Counted from the stretch's first letter, positions 46,732-58,000 are shown. The stretch is DNA of 64,000 bases from Capsulimonadaceae bacterium (GCA_965215505.1 OZ244065.1:2496001-2560000), one strand, 5' to 3'. Notes: a model not told the origin generated them from the letters alone. A program made the numbers and translations.

Positions 46732-49700
46732 TTACCTTCCGGTCGGGATCTGCACGGTCGTATCCACATACACCTTGATCCAGTACGCCTGGTAAGGCTG
46801 GAGCGAATCGGACTGTGAGACCGTCTGGTAGTTGACCCCGTCGTAGCGGTACAAAGTCGGCGAGACGATGTGGTTCGCGCTCCCGACCGCGTTCGCGAAG
46901 GAGAGGGTCGTCGTGCCCGTGACGAACGTGAGGTTCGCGACGGGGACCGGAGACGTGCTGGGCACGCCGATCTGGTTCCAGGACGGGTGCAGGGCGACGC
47001 TGATCGCCCCGCCGGTCGCGACGCCGGGCGTCGTCAGGTCCACCGCGTTCTTCAGGAAGACCCAGTAGCCCACGCCGAGCCGGAGGGCGTCGGCGGGCGC
47101 GGTCGGGTCCAGGGCGTACTGCCCGAGCAGCGGGTTCCAGACCGCGACGTGCGTCCGGTTGCCGTTTGGAGTGGTCCCGGTCGGGGCCGTGTTCAGCACG
47201 CCGAACAGGCTGTCGAAGGACGTGCCGCTATAATCGAACGGCGCGGACAGGAAGTTCAGGCCCGCCGCGAACGTGTGCAGCGGCGGCAGGCCGTTGATCC
47301 CGGTGAAGTCCAGCCGGGTGAACGTGCTGGCCGAGATCGTGACGGTCTGCGAACCCGCCGTGACGCCGTTCTTGGCGGCGGTGACGGTGTAGGTCCCCGC
47401 CCCCAACGTGACCGGCCCGTAGTTGATCTGGCCGCCGTCCGAGGCCGGCGTGGACGTGCCCGCCGTGACCGGGGCGGGCGTGATGGCCTGTCCGGTGCCC
47501 GTGTTGGTGATGGTCAGCGTGACACCGGCCAGCGGTGCCGAGGACCCGGTGCCGGTGACCAGGCCGCCCAGGGTGCCATTGGCGAGCGCCCCCAGCATGA
47601 TGTCCGGCACGGTCGTGGTCGTCGCGCCGACCACGACGACGGAGATCGGCGCGCTGCTGCCGAAGCCGGTCGCCGAGGCGGTCACGTTGTAGGTGCCTGC
47701 GGCCAGCGCGGCGATGTTATAGGTCCCGGTCGAGTCGGTGGTCGCCGTGGCGGCGACGACGGCGGGGGTGCCGCTGCTGAAGAAGACCGAGGCACCGGGG
47801 ATCGGGTTGCCCGAGGTGTCCACGACTCGGCCCGTCACCGCGCCCGGACCGGGCTGGAGCTTGAAGTTGACGACCAGGGCGGCGTTGCTGGCGACGACCA
47901 GGTTGGTCTGCGTCTGCGAGCCGAAGCCGGTCTTCGTGGCCGTGCCGCTGTAGGTGGACGGGGCCACCGAGGACAGCGTGTAGTTGCCGTTGGAGTCGGT
48001 CGTAGTCGAGTAGATCTGGCCATCGGTCGAGGTGAACGTGACGCTCGCACCCGAGACGATGTTGCCGCCCGTGTCGGTGACTTTGCCGGCGATGGAGCCG
48101 GGCGCGGCGGGAACCAGGGTCAGGCTGGCCTGCTGGACCGCATCCCCCTCGACGGTGAAGACGACGCCGGGGTTCGAGGTGGCCCGGATGAAGCCCGTCC
48201 GGTAGGCGGCGAGTGTGTAGTTGCCCGGCTCGATGCCGTCAATCCGGTAGTTACCCGCCGAGTCCGTGGTCGCGCTGAAGGTCCCGCGCCCCGGAATGGG
48301 ATTGCCGGACGCGGACACTAGATAGACGGTGACGCCCGACACACCCGATCCGACGACGCCGTTGCCGCTCGTGGAGCGGATGGTGCCGACGATGGAGCCG
48401 GTCCGCAGATAGTCCACGATGTTGTGGATGATGCTCTGCCGCTGGTTGCGCGGGTTGTAGATCACCGGGTTCGGCTTGAAGACGCTCGTAACCTTATAGA
48501 ACTCGGTGCCGAGTCCTTCCAGGCCGAAGGTGGCATAAACCACCTTGGAGCCGGTGCCGCCCGCCGCCGTGATCGGGTTCTCCGTGTAGATCAGGCCCAC
48601 GCCGCCCGGTGAGGAGGCCGCCGCGTCGTTGCCGTTGTCGAGCGGCGGAATCGGGTTGGTGAAGGGCGCGAGCGTGATGTCCGTGTGCGCGCCCTTGCCC
48701 GGCGTGATGGTGTCGATCGCGCCGACAACCGCGTTGGAGTTGAGCAGGGCGACCGGATAGGGCTGGATGTACGGCCCCAACTGGTCCAGCGAGCCGTCGG
48801 TGCGCCAGTTCCCCGCGAACGTGTTGAAGTTCGTGAAGACCAGGTCGGACGAGAAGATGTTCCCCGCAAAGTTGTTCGAGATGCGGAGGAGCCTCTGGCC
48901 GGGCGGCACAGTGGTCACCGTGATGCCCGGCTCAAGCTCCCGGTAGTTGCCGATCACGACGCCATCATAGCCCGGCGTGTTGGTGATGCGGTTGTCGGCA
49001 ATGGTCGGGGCGGCGACGACGGCCGGGATGTGCGTGCCGCCGTTGGGCGTCGCGAGTGTCGCGTTCAGCACGTCAAAGACGAACCCGCCTGCGGCATTGT
49101 TGACCTGACCGTTCTGCGTCAGGGTCGAGCCGACATCCTCGCCGGAGATGCACAGGCGACCGCCCGCCGCCACGAAGTTCCGCAGCGAGGTCTGCGTGGC
49201 CGTGTCGGCCAGCGTCCCGGACCCGGCAAGAACGTCGCCGGTGAACGGCGCGATCCAGACGATGCACCGGTTGGCGACGGCGACGCTCGCCGACGGGGCG
49301 GTGAACTTGGTCGTGCCGCTCGTGTCGGCGACGGCCGGCTGCGTCTGCCGCGTCGGAGTGTAAGCAGCGTACACCGAGTTCGGAACCGGGCCGCGCGCCA
49401 GGGTGCGCCAGATGCTGTACTGCTGTGAACGGACTGCGGGGACGTTGTCAATACGCCCGCCATCGTCAATGAACCGGTCATAGTAGGAGCCAACGCCCAG
49501 GCCGTTGAAGACGGGGTTCATCAGCAGCTGCTGCTCCGGGGAACCGGGGCCACCCTCCGTGTCGAGGTCCCGCCCGGTGGGCGAGTAGGAGCTGCCCAGG
49601 AAGTTGACTTCCACGTTCGGGTCGTTGGCATTCGCGCCGGTGATGACCGTGTTCCGGTAGATGGCGTTCGGCAGCAGATTTACGTCAATGTCGGTGACGT

Positions 49701-52700
49701 AGGACTCGGCCCCGAAGAGCTTGGGGACGAGGTTCAGCAGGCCGCGCTGGCCGCCGAAGGTGGAGGCGGCGAACTTCTGGCCCAGGGAGTAATCGCTGAC
49801 GACCAGGATGTCGTTGTTGCCGATGGAGGCCGCCGTGCTGAAGCCCCAGATGTTGTCGTAGATGCGCCAGTTGCTCCCGACCCCGCCGCTGTTCATGGGC
49901 GGCGTCGCCTTGTCGAAGGCGATGACATCCAGGTAGAAGTCGCTGCCCGACGTGGGCGTGGTCCAGGTGACGCTGTAGAGCGCGCCGCCCTGACCGTCCT
50001 GCTGGGAGTCCGGCAGGCGGGTCATCTGGAGCCACTCGGCGGGGGTGCCGCCGCCGGTGGACATCAGCGAGCTGGTGGTGGGCCGCACCCTGCCGGCCCC
50101 GCTGAAGGGCTGCTGGTCATCCACGCCAGCTAGGTAGTACGGGTCGCGGAAGTCGGTGGGGCCGGTGTCGCCGACGGTCGTGGCGTTCGGGTTGGAGGCG
50201 AAAGCCGGGTTCACCACTTGGCACTCGAACTCCGGCCCCGACGGGATGAAGAGGTTCGGATCGCTGCCCGGCGGGCGCTGAACGATTAGCTTGGTGTCCG
50301 GGTCGGTGACAGGCTTGCCGTTGGCGTCGAGTACGGTTTCGAGGTTGATGCCGCCGCCGTCCCGGCCGATCGAGATCGTGTCCGAGGCGTTGGTGGCCGG
50401 GCCGGGAACGGCCGCGCCGGGGGCGTCCTCCGTGCCGCCGACGGCCCCACGGTTGAAGTTGTAGAAGATCACACCGGTGGTGCTGGTGAACTTGTTAAAT
50501 CCGGCGTCCCCCAGGATGAGCGGATTGTCACGGGCGTCGAACTGGAACCCGAGGTCATAGTCCGCTTTGAAGATGTAGTCGTAGCCACCGCCGTTGACGA
50601 GCTGCGCCGAGGAGCCGCTGTCGAGCAGCTGGGGGTTGGCGGCATTCGGGTTGTTCTTCTGGGTGCGGAAGCGGTAGTCGTGTGCGAAGACCTTATGCTC
50701 CAGGCCTTGAGAGTCCTGATACTTGGAGTTCGGGTTCTTGACCTGGAGGAAGACCTGCGCCCCGGTGGGGCCGCCGGTCACTGCCCCGGTGTTGTCAACG
50801 CCCGCCTCGCGGCTGCTCAGCCGGGCGGTGAAGGTCACCTTCTGGCCGGGCGTGATGCCGTAGCGGGTCGTGTTGCCCGCCGAGTCGGCGACGTGGACGA
50901 TCTCGTTGCCGCTGTAGGGGAGCAGGGTGGGCGGGTCCAGGTTGACGACCTGGGAAACCAGGATGCCGGCGTAGGCGGACCCGACGGTGCCCGACCCGAC
51001 TAGCTTCCCTCCCTGCGCCACCGAGATGGCCGTCTCCGAGGCCGCGCCCGTCGTGGGGTCATTGTAGGTCACGGAGCGGTTGGACGAGTAGGCGATGCTG
51101 AAGACGCTCAGGAACGGCGACCAGGTCGGGTAGGTGTCGTCGAAGGCGTTCCCGCTCGTACCCGTCTCCCCGGCATTGTCGTCCGTGTTGAGCTTGACGG
51201 CCGTATTGACGACGGACGATCCGGTCGTCGTCTCGGGCGTCAGGACCTGCGTGAACACGGCGGTGAGCTGGTAATAGTACTCGGCCCCCGGCGTGACGGT
51301 GGTGTCAACGGCCTGGAGCAGGCCGTTCGGCGGCCCGGTGACGGGCACGTTCGTGATGTAGGAGACCTCCGTGCTGGCATTGCTCGGGGGGGGGCGGTTG
51401 TCCGAGGTCGGCGCAGCCGGAGAGCGGTACAGGTTGTACGAGGTGGGCGCGCTGCTGCCGCCGTTGATGAACGAGATGGCGATCTGCGGCGTCCCGGCGG
51501 TGTTGACCCCGCCGAAGGCGCTCTGGAGCTGCGGCGGCGCGGAGGCGTTGGCGGTCTGCCCCGTCGCGGGGATGAAGTTGCCGAAGCCGCTGCTGGTCGG
51601 GGCGTTGCTGTCGGAGACGACTTCGATGCCCTCGACGATGGGCGGGTCGCCCGAGACGGGGGTGAAGGCGACCGTGATGGTGCCCGAGGCGGCCCCGGTG
51701 AAGAAGAACTGGTTGGCCCCGCTCGCCGTCGCGCCGTACTGGACGACGATGGCGGTGTTCTGGCCCACCGGGGGCGCGGTCGTGACCAGGGCAAAGTCGG
51801 CGCGCGTGAAGGCATTTGCGGGTGCCGTGGTGGTGGCAGCCGTGTTGACGACGGCGGCCGTGGTCGCCTGGCGCACGAAGCCGGGCTGGGTGACGACGAC
51901 GCTGTAGCCGGCGTTGACCGGCAGGAAGGCGATGTAGTTGACCGGCTTGCCGTCGCCGCCGGGGGCGGCGGGCGAGTTGCTCGTGGCACCCGTCGTCAGG
52001 ATGGCGACGAGGGTGTTGTTGGCACCGGTGACGCGGACCGTCGCGCCGGTCACTGCGGCCGTGCTGGCGACGCCGGTGACCAGACCGCCCAGGGTGCCGA
52101 CGCCCGTGTTGCTGATCACACCGCTCTGGAGGGTGAAGTTCACGACGGCGGGGGTGCCCGACACGACCGACGTCTGCTGCGTCTGGGTCGTCAGCTTGGC
52201 GCTGAAGGCCGGCGAGGCCGTGACGTCGTACTTATCACCGGTGGGGGTCGGGGGCACGCGGACGGAAAAGGTGCCGGGGGTGCCGGCGTTGTTCGTCGTC
52301 GTGGTCGCCAGGATTTCGCCGGAATTGTCGTCAATGACGCTGATCGGGACGTTGCCCTGGCCGGTGCTGTTGCTGTCGTTGACGGTGCCGGTGATCGTCG
52401 CGGTGCCCTGGGCGAGCGGGAAGTCCACGCGGGTGTAGGCTCCGCTGCTGACGGTGACGATCTCCGAGGCAGGAGCGTAGCCGCTCGACGCGGCGGGCGT
52501 GGCCGTGACCGTATAGGTCCCCTGGGGCACCGACCCGTTGTAGTTGATGTTGGTGGTCCCGCCGCTCGGGTCGGCCACCGGCGGCGTCGTGACCAGCGGC
52601 GAGGGGTTCGTTGCGACCGGGTTGCCGCTCGCGTCGGTGACGGTGATGGTGGCGGCGAGGGCCGTGTTGCCGCTCGGGTCGGAAACCAGGCCGTCAATGC

Positions 52701-54456
52701 GACCGGGCGCGGCCTGCGCGCGGCCGACGATGTCTATGTTGCTCTGGGGCTGGCCGTTGATGGCCACATTGAAGATGCGCTTGCCGGCGGCCGTGTCGGT
52801 CGGGTCGGACAGGTGCAGGCGGACGCTGTAGTTCGCGCCCGGCGTCAATGCGCCAAAGGTGTAGGTGAAGGTCCCGTTCCGGTCTGTCTGGTAGATCCCG
52901 GCCGGCGTCCCCGGATCATTGGTCGTGTTGACGACGGGGGCGGGCGTGAGCGTCTGCGCGGTCCCGCCGGCCACGGTGAAGCCCTGCGGCTGGTTGAGGA
53001 ACGCATCGGAGACGTAGCCGCCGAATAGGTCGTTCGGGACCACATCACCGGCGTTGACCTGGTAGATCGGGGTGCTTGGGCCTTCCGCCGTCGTCGCGGC
53101 CTCGTTGGAGCGGGCGGTCTCGCCGCCGGCGTCGGTGTTTTGCAGCACCTGGAGGTAGTAGATGTCGTGCGGCGAGGTCGGACTGGACCCGCGCGAGAAG
53201 GCGATGTACTCAAAACCGGGCGCGGGGTCGGTATACGGGTTGCGCCGCAGCGACGACCAGGCCGGGCCAAAGTTGTCGGTGCCGGGCACGGTCACGGGCC
53301 GGCCCACGGGGCTGTTCGCGGCCGTGTTGGTGACAGTGCCGAAGCCGAAGCGCCCGCCGCCGCCGACGAGGTAGATGGAGCGGTTGACGCCGGTCGGGGT
53401 CCCGGTGAGCAGGACTGAGGTATTCGGGTCGGGTCCGGCCGCCGCGCCGGTCGAGGTGATCCCGACGGCGTTGGAGGCGAAGGCGATGAGCTGGCCGTCC
53501 TGCGAGTAGGAGGGGTCGGTGTCATCGGCGGGGCCGTCGGTCAGCTTGGCGGGCAGGGAGACGTTCGTCGGATCGGAGCCGCCGGTGCTGACGTGCAGGA
53601 AATACAGGTGGTCATGGCCCTTGTAGGTGCCCGTCGTGCTGAAGGCCGAGAAGATGATCTCGTCGGAGTTGCCGGGGACGAAGGTCGGGCGCAGGACGCC
53701 GGAGAAGTCCAGGCCGCCGGCCTGGACCGCGAGCTGGTCGGTGCGGATGGTGGGCGAGGTCAGGGAGGCGACGTTGACGGTCGCCGTCGGGACGGCGATG
53801 CTGTACAGGTTCTGCACGTCGGGCGCGATCGAGTTGGCGTCCGAGGTGAAGGCGAGCTGGCGGTTGTTGTCGGCGCTGAGGGCCGGGAAGAACTCGCCGC
53901 CGCCGGCCGGGCCGGAGCTGTCGGTGAGCTGGATGGCAGCGCCGCCGTTGACGGGAATCGCCCAGATGTGGAAGCGCGGGCCGGCACCGCCCGACGCCGT
54001 CCGGTTGGAGGAGAAGACCAGCATGGTCTCGTCCGCCGTCCAGACCGGCGTGAGGTTCGTCGGCGTCAGGCTCGGCCCCTGGGTCGGAGTGAATCCGGGG
54101 GGCGGGCTGAAGACGTCATAGGTTTGCACGGCCTCATCCACCTGGGGAGTTGCACCAGCGGCGTTGCCCCGCAGTGCGCCGGGACGCAGGGACGAACGCT
54201 TATAGATGAAGCGGCCATCCGGGGCGTGGCGCAGATCCTGCGGGCCGGCCCCGACCATGTCTTTAAAGGTCTTGGGGCGGGCGGCGGGCGGCACGAGGGC
54301 ACGCAGGGCGGCGCGCAGGGCCAGCGCCTGGCCGGTGCCCCCGTGCGCGCGCACGGGGGCCGCATGTGCGGGCAGCCCGGCGTTGAAGGCCGCAGAAGAA
54401 AGGGCGGTCAGGAGAGACAGCAGGGCGATGGTGCGAACGGAACGTATAGCTTTCAA
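46732..54456 (-). CDS. Giant secreted/surface protein (~2570 aa): PD40 propeller, malectin, carboxypeptidase-regulatory-like repeats, conserved C-terminal domain
   Basis: AAGGAGG RBS before TTG at 54456; signal peptide; PVWTADE..VFSSNR and DTDPSYSQDG repeats; malectin motifs; G.I.G.V.D...GA.V repeats. Confidence 0.85.
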   Translation of the reverse strand: MKAIRSVRTIALLSLLTALSSAAFNAGLPAHAAPVRAHGGTGQALALRAALRALVPPAARPKTFKDMVGAGPQDLRHAPDGRFIYKRSSLRPGALRGNAAGATPQVDEAVQTYDVFSPPPGFTPTQGPSLTPTNLTPVWTADETMLVFSSNRTASGGAGPRFHIWAIPVNGGAAIQLTDSSGPAGGGEFFPALSADNNRQLAFTSDANSIAPDVQNLYSIAVPTATVNVASLTSPTIRTDQLAVQAGGLDFSGVLRPTFVPGNSDEIIFSAFSTTGTYKGHDHLYFLHVSTGGSDPTNVSLPAKLTDGPADDTDPSYSQDGQLIAFASNAVGITSTGAAAGPDPNTSVLLTGTPTGVNRSIYLVGGGGRFGFGTVTNTAANSPVGRPVTVPGTDNFGPAWSSLRRNPYTDPAPGFEYIAFSRGSSPTSPHDIYYLQVLQNTDAGGETARSNEAATTAEGPSTPIYQVNAGDVVPNDLFGGYVSDAFLNQPQGFTVAGGTAQTLTPAPVVNTTNDPGTPAGIYQTDRNGTFTYTFGALTPGANYSVRLHLSDPTDTAAGKRIFNVAINGQPQSNIDIVGRAQAAPGRIDGLVSDPSGNTALAATITVTDASGNPVATNPSPLVTTPPVADPSGGTTNINYNGSVPQGTYTVTATPAASSGYAPASEIVTVSSGAYTRVDFPLAQGTATITGTVNDSNSTGQGNVPISVIDDNSGEILATTTTNNAGTPGTFSVRVPPTPTGDKYDVTASPAFSAKLTTQTQQTSVVSGTPAVVNFTLQSGVISNTGVGTLGGLVTGVASTAAVTGATVRVTGANNTLVAILTTGATSNSPAAPGGDGKPVNYIAFLPVNAGYSVVVTQPGFVRQATTAAVVNTAATTTAPANAFTRADFALVTTAPPVGQNTAIVVQYGATASGANQFFFTGAASGTITVAFTPVSGDPPIVEGIEVVSDSNAPTSSGFGNFIPATGQTANASAPPQLQSAFGGVNTAGTPQIAISFINGGSSAPTSYNLYRSPAAPTSDNRPPPSNASTEVSYITNVPVTGPPNGLLQAVDTTVTPGAEYYYQLTAVFTQVLTPETTTGSSVVNTAVKLNTDDNAGETGTSGNAFDDTYPTWSPFLSVFSIAYSSNRSVTYNDPTTGAASETAISVAQGGKLVGSGTVGSAYAGILVSQVVNLDPPTLLPYSGNEIVHVADSAGNTTRYGITPGQKVTFTARLSSREAGVDNTGAVTGGPTGAQVFLQVKNPNSKYQDSQGLEHKVFAHDYRFRTQKNNPNAANPQLLDSGSSAQLVNGGGYDYIFKADYDLGFQFDARDNPLILGDAGFNKFTSTTGVIFYNFNRGAVGGTEDAPGAAVPGPATNASDTISIGRDGGGINLETVLDANGKPVTDPDTKLIVQRPPGSDPNLFIPSGPEFECQVVNPAFASNPNATTVGDTGPTDFRDPYYLAGVDDQQPFSGAGRVRPTTSSLMSTGGGTPAEWLQMTRLPDSQQDGQGGALYSVTWTTPTSGSDFYLDVIAFDKATPPMNSGGVGSNWRIYDNIWGFSTAASIGNNDILVVSDYSLGQKFAASTFGGQRGLLNLVPKLFGAESYVTDIDVNLLPNAIYRNTVITGANANDPNVEVNFLGSSYSPTGRDLDTEGGPGSPEQQLLMNPVFNGLGVGSYYDRFIDDGGRIDNVPAVRSQQYSIWRTLARGPVPNSVYAAYTPTRQTQPAVADTSGTTKFTAPSASVAVANRCIVWIAPFTGDVLAGSGTLADTATQTSLRNFVAAGGRLCISGEDVGSTLTQNGQVNNAAGGFVFDVLNATLATPNGGTHIPAVVAAPTIADNRITNTPGYDGVVIGNYRELEPGITVTTVPPGQRLLRISNNFAGNIFSSDLVFTNFNTFAGNWRTDGSLDQLGPYIQPYPVALLNSNAVVGAIDTITPGKGAHTDITLAPFTNPIPPLDNGNDAAASSPGGVGLIYTENPITAAGGTGSKVVYATFGLEGLGTEFYKVTSVFKPNPVIYNPRNQRQSIIHNIVDYLRTGSIVGTIRSTSGNGVVGSGVSGVTVYLVSASGNPIPGRGTFSATTDSAGNYRIDGIEPGNYTLAAYRTGFIRATSNPGVVFTVEGDAVQQASLTLVPAAPGSIAGKVTDTGGNIVSGASVTFTSTDGQIYSTTTDSNGNYTLSSVAPSTYSGTATKTGFGSQTQTNLVVASNAALVVNFKLQPGPGAVTGRVVDTSGNPIPGASVFFSSGTPAVVAATATTDSTGTYNIAALAAGTYNVTASATGFGSSAPISVVVVGATTTTVPDIMLGALANGTLGGLVTGTGSSAPLAGVTLTITNTGTGQAITPAPVTAGTSTPASDGGQINYGPVTLGAGTYTVTAAKNGVTAGSQTVTISASTFTRLDFTGINGLPPLHTFAAGLNFLSAPFDYSGTSFDSLFGVLNTAPTGTTPNGNRTHVAVWNPLLGQYALDPTAPADALRLGVGYWVFLKNAVDLTTPGVATGGAISVALHPSWNQIGVPSTSPVPVANLTFVTGTTTLSFANAVGSANHIVSPTLYRYDGVNYQTVSQSDSLQPYQAYWIKVYVDTTVQIPTGR

Positions 54457-54899
54457 GCGGGTACAACCTCCTTGGTTGCAGACACACGGCCGAGGCGAAC
54501 TTTTCCGGGACGATGGGTACTCGGATGGCCAGCACCGGGGCGGGGCGCCGTGAGGCGCGTCAGGGCGGGCATTCGTTTCCAGAAAAACAACGGTCTGGGG
54601 CGGCAATCCAATGACCAGGTAAAGACTGGGTGTAAAGACTGAGTAAAGAGCGACAAAATCGGGGCCTGCGAAAGACCGTCTTAAAGAGACTGGACGGCGA
54701 CCCGCTCAGGGCTGGGCACTCCGAGGGAGCGCGGGAACGAGCGTGGAAGCTAGCCTCAGGGGATTTCTAGGGTTCGTCAGGGGCGGCGGGTCGGCCCGGT
54801 TTCTGTCCGGGTCCGCCTGCGGCTTTGGGCGCGTGATTTCCTGCGTGCATGACCGGCTTTAAGGCCGGACCCCGGCAGAGGTGCGAGGGTGGTGAAACG

Positions 54900-54928
54900 A
54901 TTATAACATAGAGGCGACTTTTACGCAA
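54900..54928 (-). promoter_or_regulatory. Sigma70-type promoter for the 46732-54456 gene (long leader)
   Basis: Minus strand TTGCGT-17bp-TATAAT. Confidence 0.6.
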
Positions 54929-54992
54929 GCGGTTTTTTCGCGATTCCGTCAGCGGGACTTTCTTTTCGTATTTATTTCATCGGAGGGCGGCG

Positions 54993-55032
54993 GAAGAGAA
55001 GCGGCGGAGACGAATGACTCGCCCCCGCCGCC
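54993..55032 (-). terminator. Probable terminator after the upstream giant gene
   Basis: gcggcgggggcgagtcattcgtctccgccgc followed by ttctctt on the minus strand. Confidence 0.6.
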
Positions 55033-55054
55033 TAGTTCCGGCCCCCGACCAAGC

Positions 55055-58000
55055 CTACTTGGTCGGGATCTCGAGCGTTGCCCCCGAGTAGACCTGTATC
55101 CAGTACGCCTTCCAGGGCTGGAGGACGCTGCTCTGTGTCACCGGCTGGTAGCCGCTGCCGTCGAAGGAGTAGAGCGTCGGCGCGACGACGTGGTACTGGC
55201 TGCTGGCCGCCGTTGCGAAGCTGATCATGCCGCCCGCCCCATTGTCGAACATCAGGCTCGACACCGGGACGCCCTTGATGTTCGGGACGCCGATCTGGTT
55301 CCAGGACGGGTGCAGGGCCACCGGCACGAAGGCCGCCGAGGGGGTCGCCCCCTGCACCGTGAGCGGCACGGCGTTCTTCAGGAAGACCCAGTAGCCCACG
55401 CCGAGCCGCAGCGAGTCGGCGGGCGCGTTCGGGTCCACCGCGTACTGCGAGACGGTCGGGTCCCAGACCGCGACATGCGTCCGGTTGCCGTTCGGCGTCG
55501 TCCCCGTGGGGGCCGTGTTCAGGATGCCGAACAGCGTGTCGAAGCTCAGGGAGCTGTAGTCATACGGCGTGGACAGGAAGTTCAGGCCCGCCGGGAAGAC
55601 ATAGACCGGCGGTGCGCCGTTCGCCCCGGTGAAGTCGAGCCGGTTGAACTGGCCCCCCACCACCGTCACCTTTTGCACGACCGGGGTACGGCTGCCGAAG
55701 GCCAGGGTGACGGTGTAGGTCCCCTGCGCCACCTGGCCGCTGTAGTTGATCCCCTGCGTCTTGCCGTCCGGCGCGGGCGAGACGGAGCTGTTGGTGGTGA
55801 AGGTCGCCACCACCGTACTCGCGCCCGTCGCGCTGACGCTCGCAACCGTGACGGTCGCGCCGCCGATGGCGGCGTTCGTCGTCGCGTCACTGACCAAGCC
55901 CCCCAGCGTGCCGATGCCGCTGGTGAGTTGGAGGTCGGCCCGGCCCGCCTGGCTCGCCGTGAGCGGCGAGGGCGTCACCGCCACGGGGGCGGTCGGGTTG
56001 TAGTTCGGCTTGGAGGCCGAAACCGTGTAGGAGTGGCCGGGCGTCAGGGTGAACGTCGCCGTGTAGTTCGACGTCTTCCCGTCCGGCCCGATCGCCGTGC
56101 CCGGCGTCGTGACCAGCGGCGAGGGCGTCAGGTTGGTCGGCGTCGCCTTGGTCGTCGTGTCCGTGACCGTCAGGGACACGTTCGGAAGCGGCTGCCCGGT
56201 CGAGCCGTCCGTGACGAGGCCGGTGATGGTCCCCTTCTCGTCCAGCCCGATGTTCTGCCCGGTCAGGAGGTCGCCCAGGCTGAGGGTGACTGTCTTCGCG
56301 CCGGGGAAGTAGCCGCCAGGCACCGTCGCGGACAGGGCGAAGGCCGCCGGGGCCTGGCCCGCCGGGATGGCGGCGAACGAGAAGGTCCCGGTCGCGCCCG
56401 TCGTCTGTGGCGTGCCGATGGCCTTGCCGGTGGCGTCGGTCAGCGTCACGGTCGCGCCGCTGATCGGCGTGCCGGTCTGGTTATCCAGGACCGTCCCGGA
56501 GAGGGCGGCGAGGATCTCGGTCAGCGTGAAGTTGACCGTCTGCGTGCCGCCCGCCGGGATGGTGATGTTCTGGGTCGGCGGAGTGGTGAACTCCGGCCGG
56601 CCATTCGCGTTATTCGGCGGCGTGACGCTGCCGATGTAGTTCCCGGACGGGTCGGTCTTGCCGGTCGTCGGGATGGAGTAGTTGCCGTTGGCGTCGGTCG
56701 TGGCCGATGGCAGTGTCGTCGTACCGTCCGTGGAGAGGAAGGAGACGACCGCCCCGGAGACGCCTGCCCCGGTACTCACGTCCGTCACCTGGCCACTGAC
56801 GCTGCCCGCCCCGGCGGCGACCAGCGCAATGTCCAGCAGCGGAGCCTCGGAAGCGATCGTGTCGGTGAGCGCATCACCGTTGTAGATGCTCTGCGACGGC
56901 AGCGACTGGGTGGCAAAGCCGACCAGTGAAGCCGTGATCGTGACGGTGTACTGGCTCAGGGGCTTCCCACTGGCGGGCAGCGGCCCGGTCGAGTACTTGC
57001 CGTTCGCATCTGTGTGGAGCGTCTGGATGACCGTGCCCGAAGCCGTATCCGTGATCGTCACGAGGGCATTCTTCAGCGGGTTGTGCGTGGGCGTGGCGCT
57101 GTCCGTGACCGTGCCGGCGAGGCTCGGCGGGATGGTGGCGACGCTGAAGTTCGCCGTCGCCACGGCGGGGGCGGAGGCGACCACGGCGGTCGCGGTCCCC
57201 TGCGTCGTCGTCGGGCGGCCGTTCGGGTTGAGCGGCCCGGTGGCCGTCCCGTTGTAGGTGCCTGGGAAGACGGTGGGCAGGCTGTAGTTGCCGCTGCCGT
57301 CCGCCGTCGCGTGCAGGGTCGTGGTCCCGTCGGCGGAGACGAAGGTGACGAGGGCACCCCCGACGCCCGCCCCGCCGTTGGCCGTGTCCGTAACCCGCCC
57401 GGTGATCGAGCCGGGCGCGATGGGCGTCAGCCCAATGTCCTTGGCGGTGATCACGCTTCCCAGCACGACCGTGAAGGGCGCGCTGCTGTTCGTAGTGAAC
57501 CCGACACGGGTGGCCGTGACTGTGTAGGTCGTCGGCGTCGTGGTTGACGGCACGTTCGTGAACGTGTAGGTGCCGGTCGCGGACGCCGAGGTCGTGGCGA
57601 CCACGGTGCCGGCCGCATTGGTGAGCGTGACGGTCGCGCCGGCCACGTTCGCGCCGCCCGCGTTCGTGTCACCCACCGTGTTGTCGAAGATGCGCCCCGA
57701 GATGGAAGCGAGGGCGGTCAGCACGACGTCCGTGCGATGGGCGGGCGCGGTGGTGTCGGTGACGACATCGCCGAGTTCGAGCGTGACGGGGCCGGGAGCC
57801 GCCCCCGCGCCGAAGCCGGAGGCGGTGGCCGTGATGGTGTACGGTATGCCGGTCACCGGCGTTGCCGAGAGTGCGGTGGAAGCGGCGGGCACGTTCGTGA
57901 ACGTGTAGGTCCCGTCCGCCGCCGTCGTGGTCGTGAGGACCGTGGGCGCGGTGGCCCCGACCGTGGGGCCGGTGAGGGTGACGGTCGCGCCGGCCAGTGC

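Noticed and set aside
54457-54606. N-terminal extension of the 2624-aa ORF
   Set aside because: A strong AAGGAGG RBS and signal peptide point to TTG at 54456.
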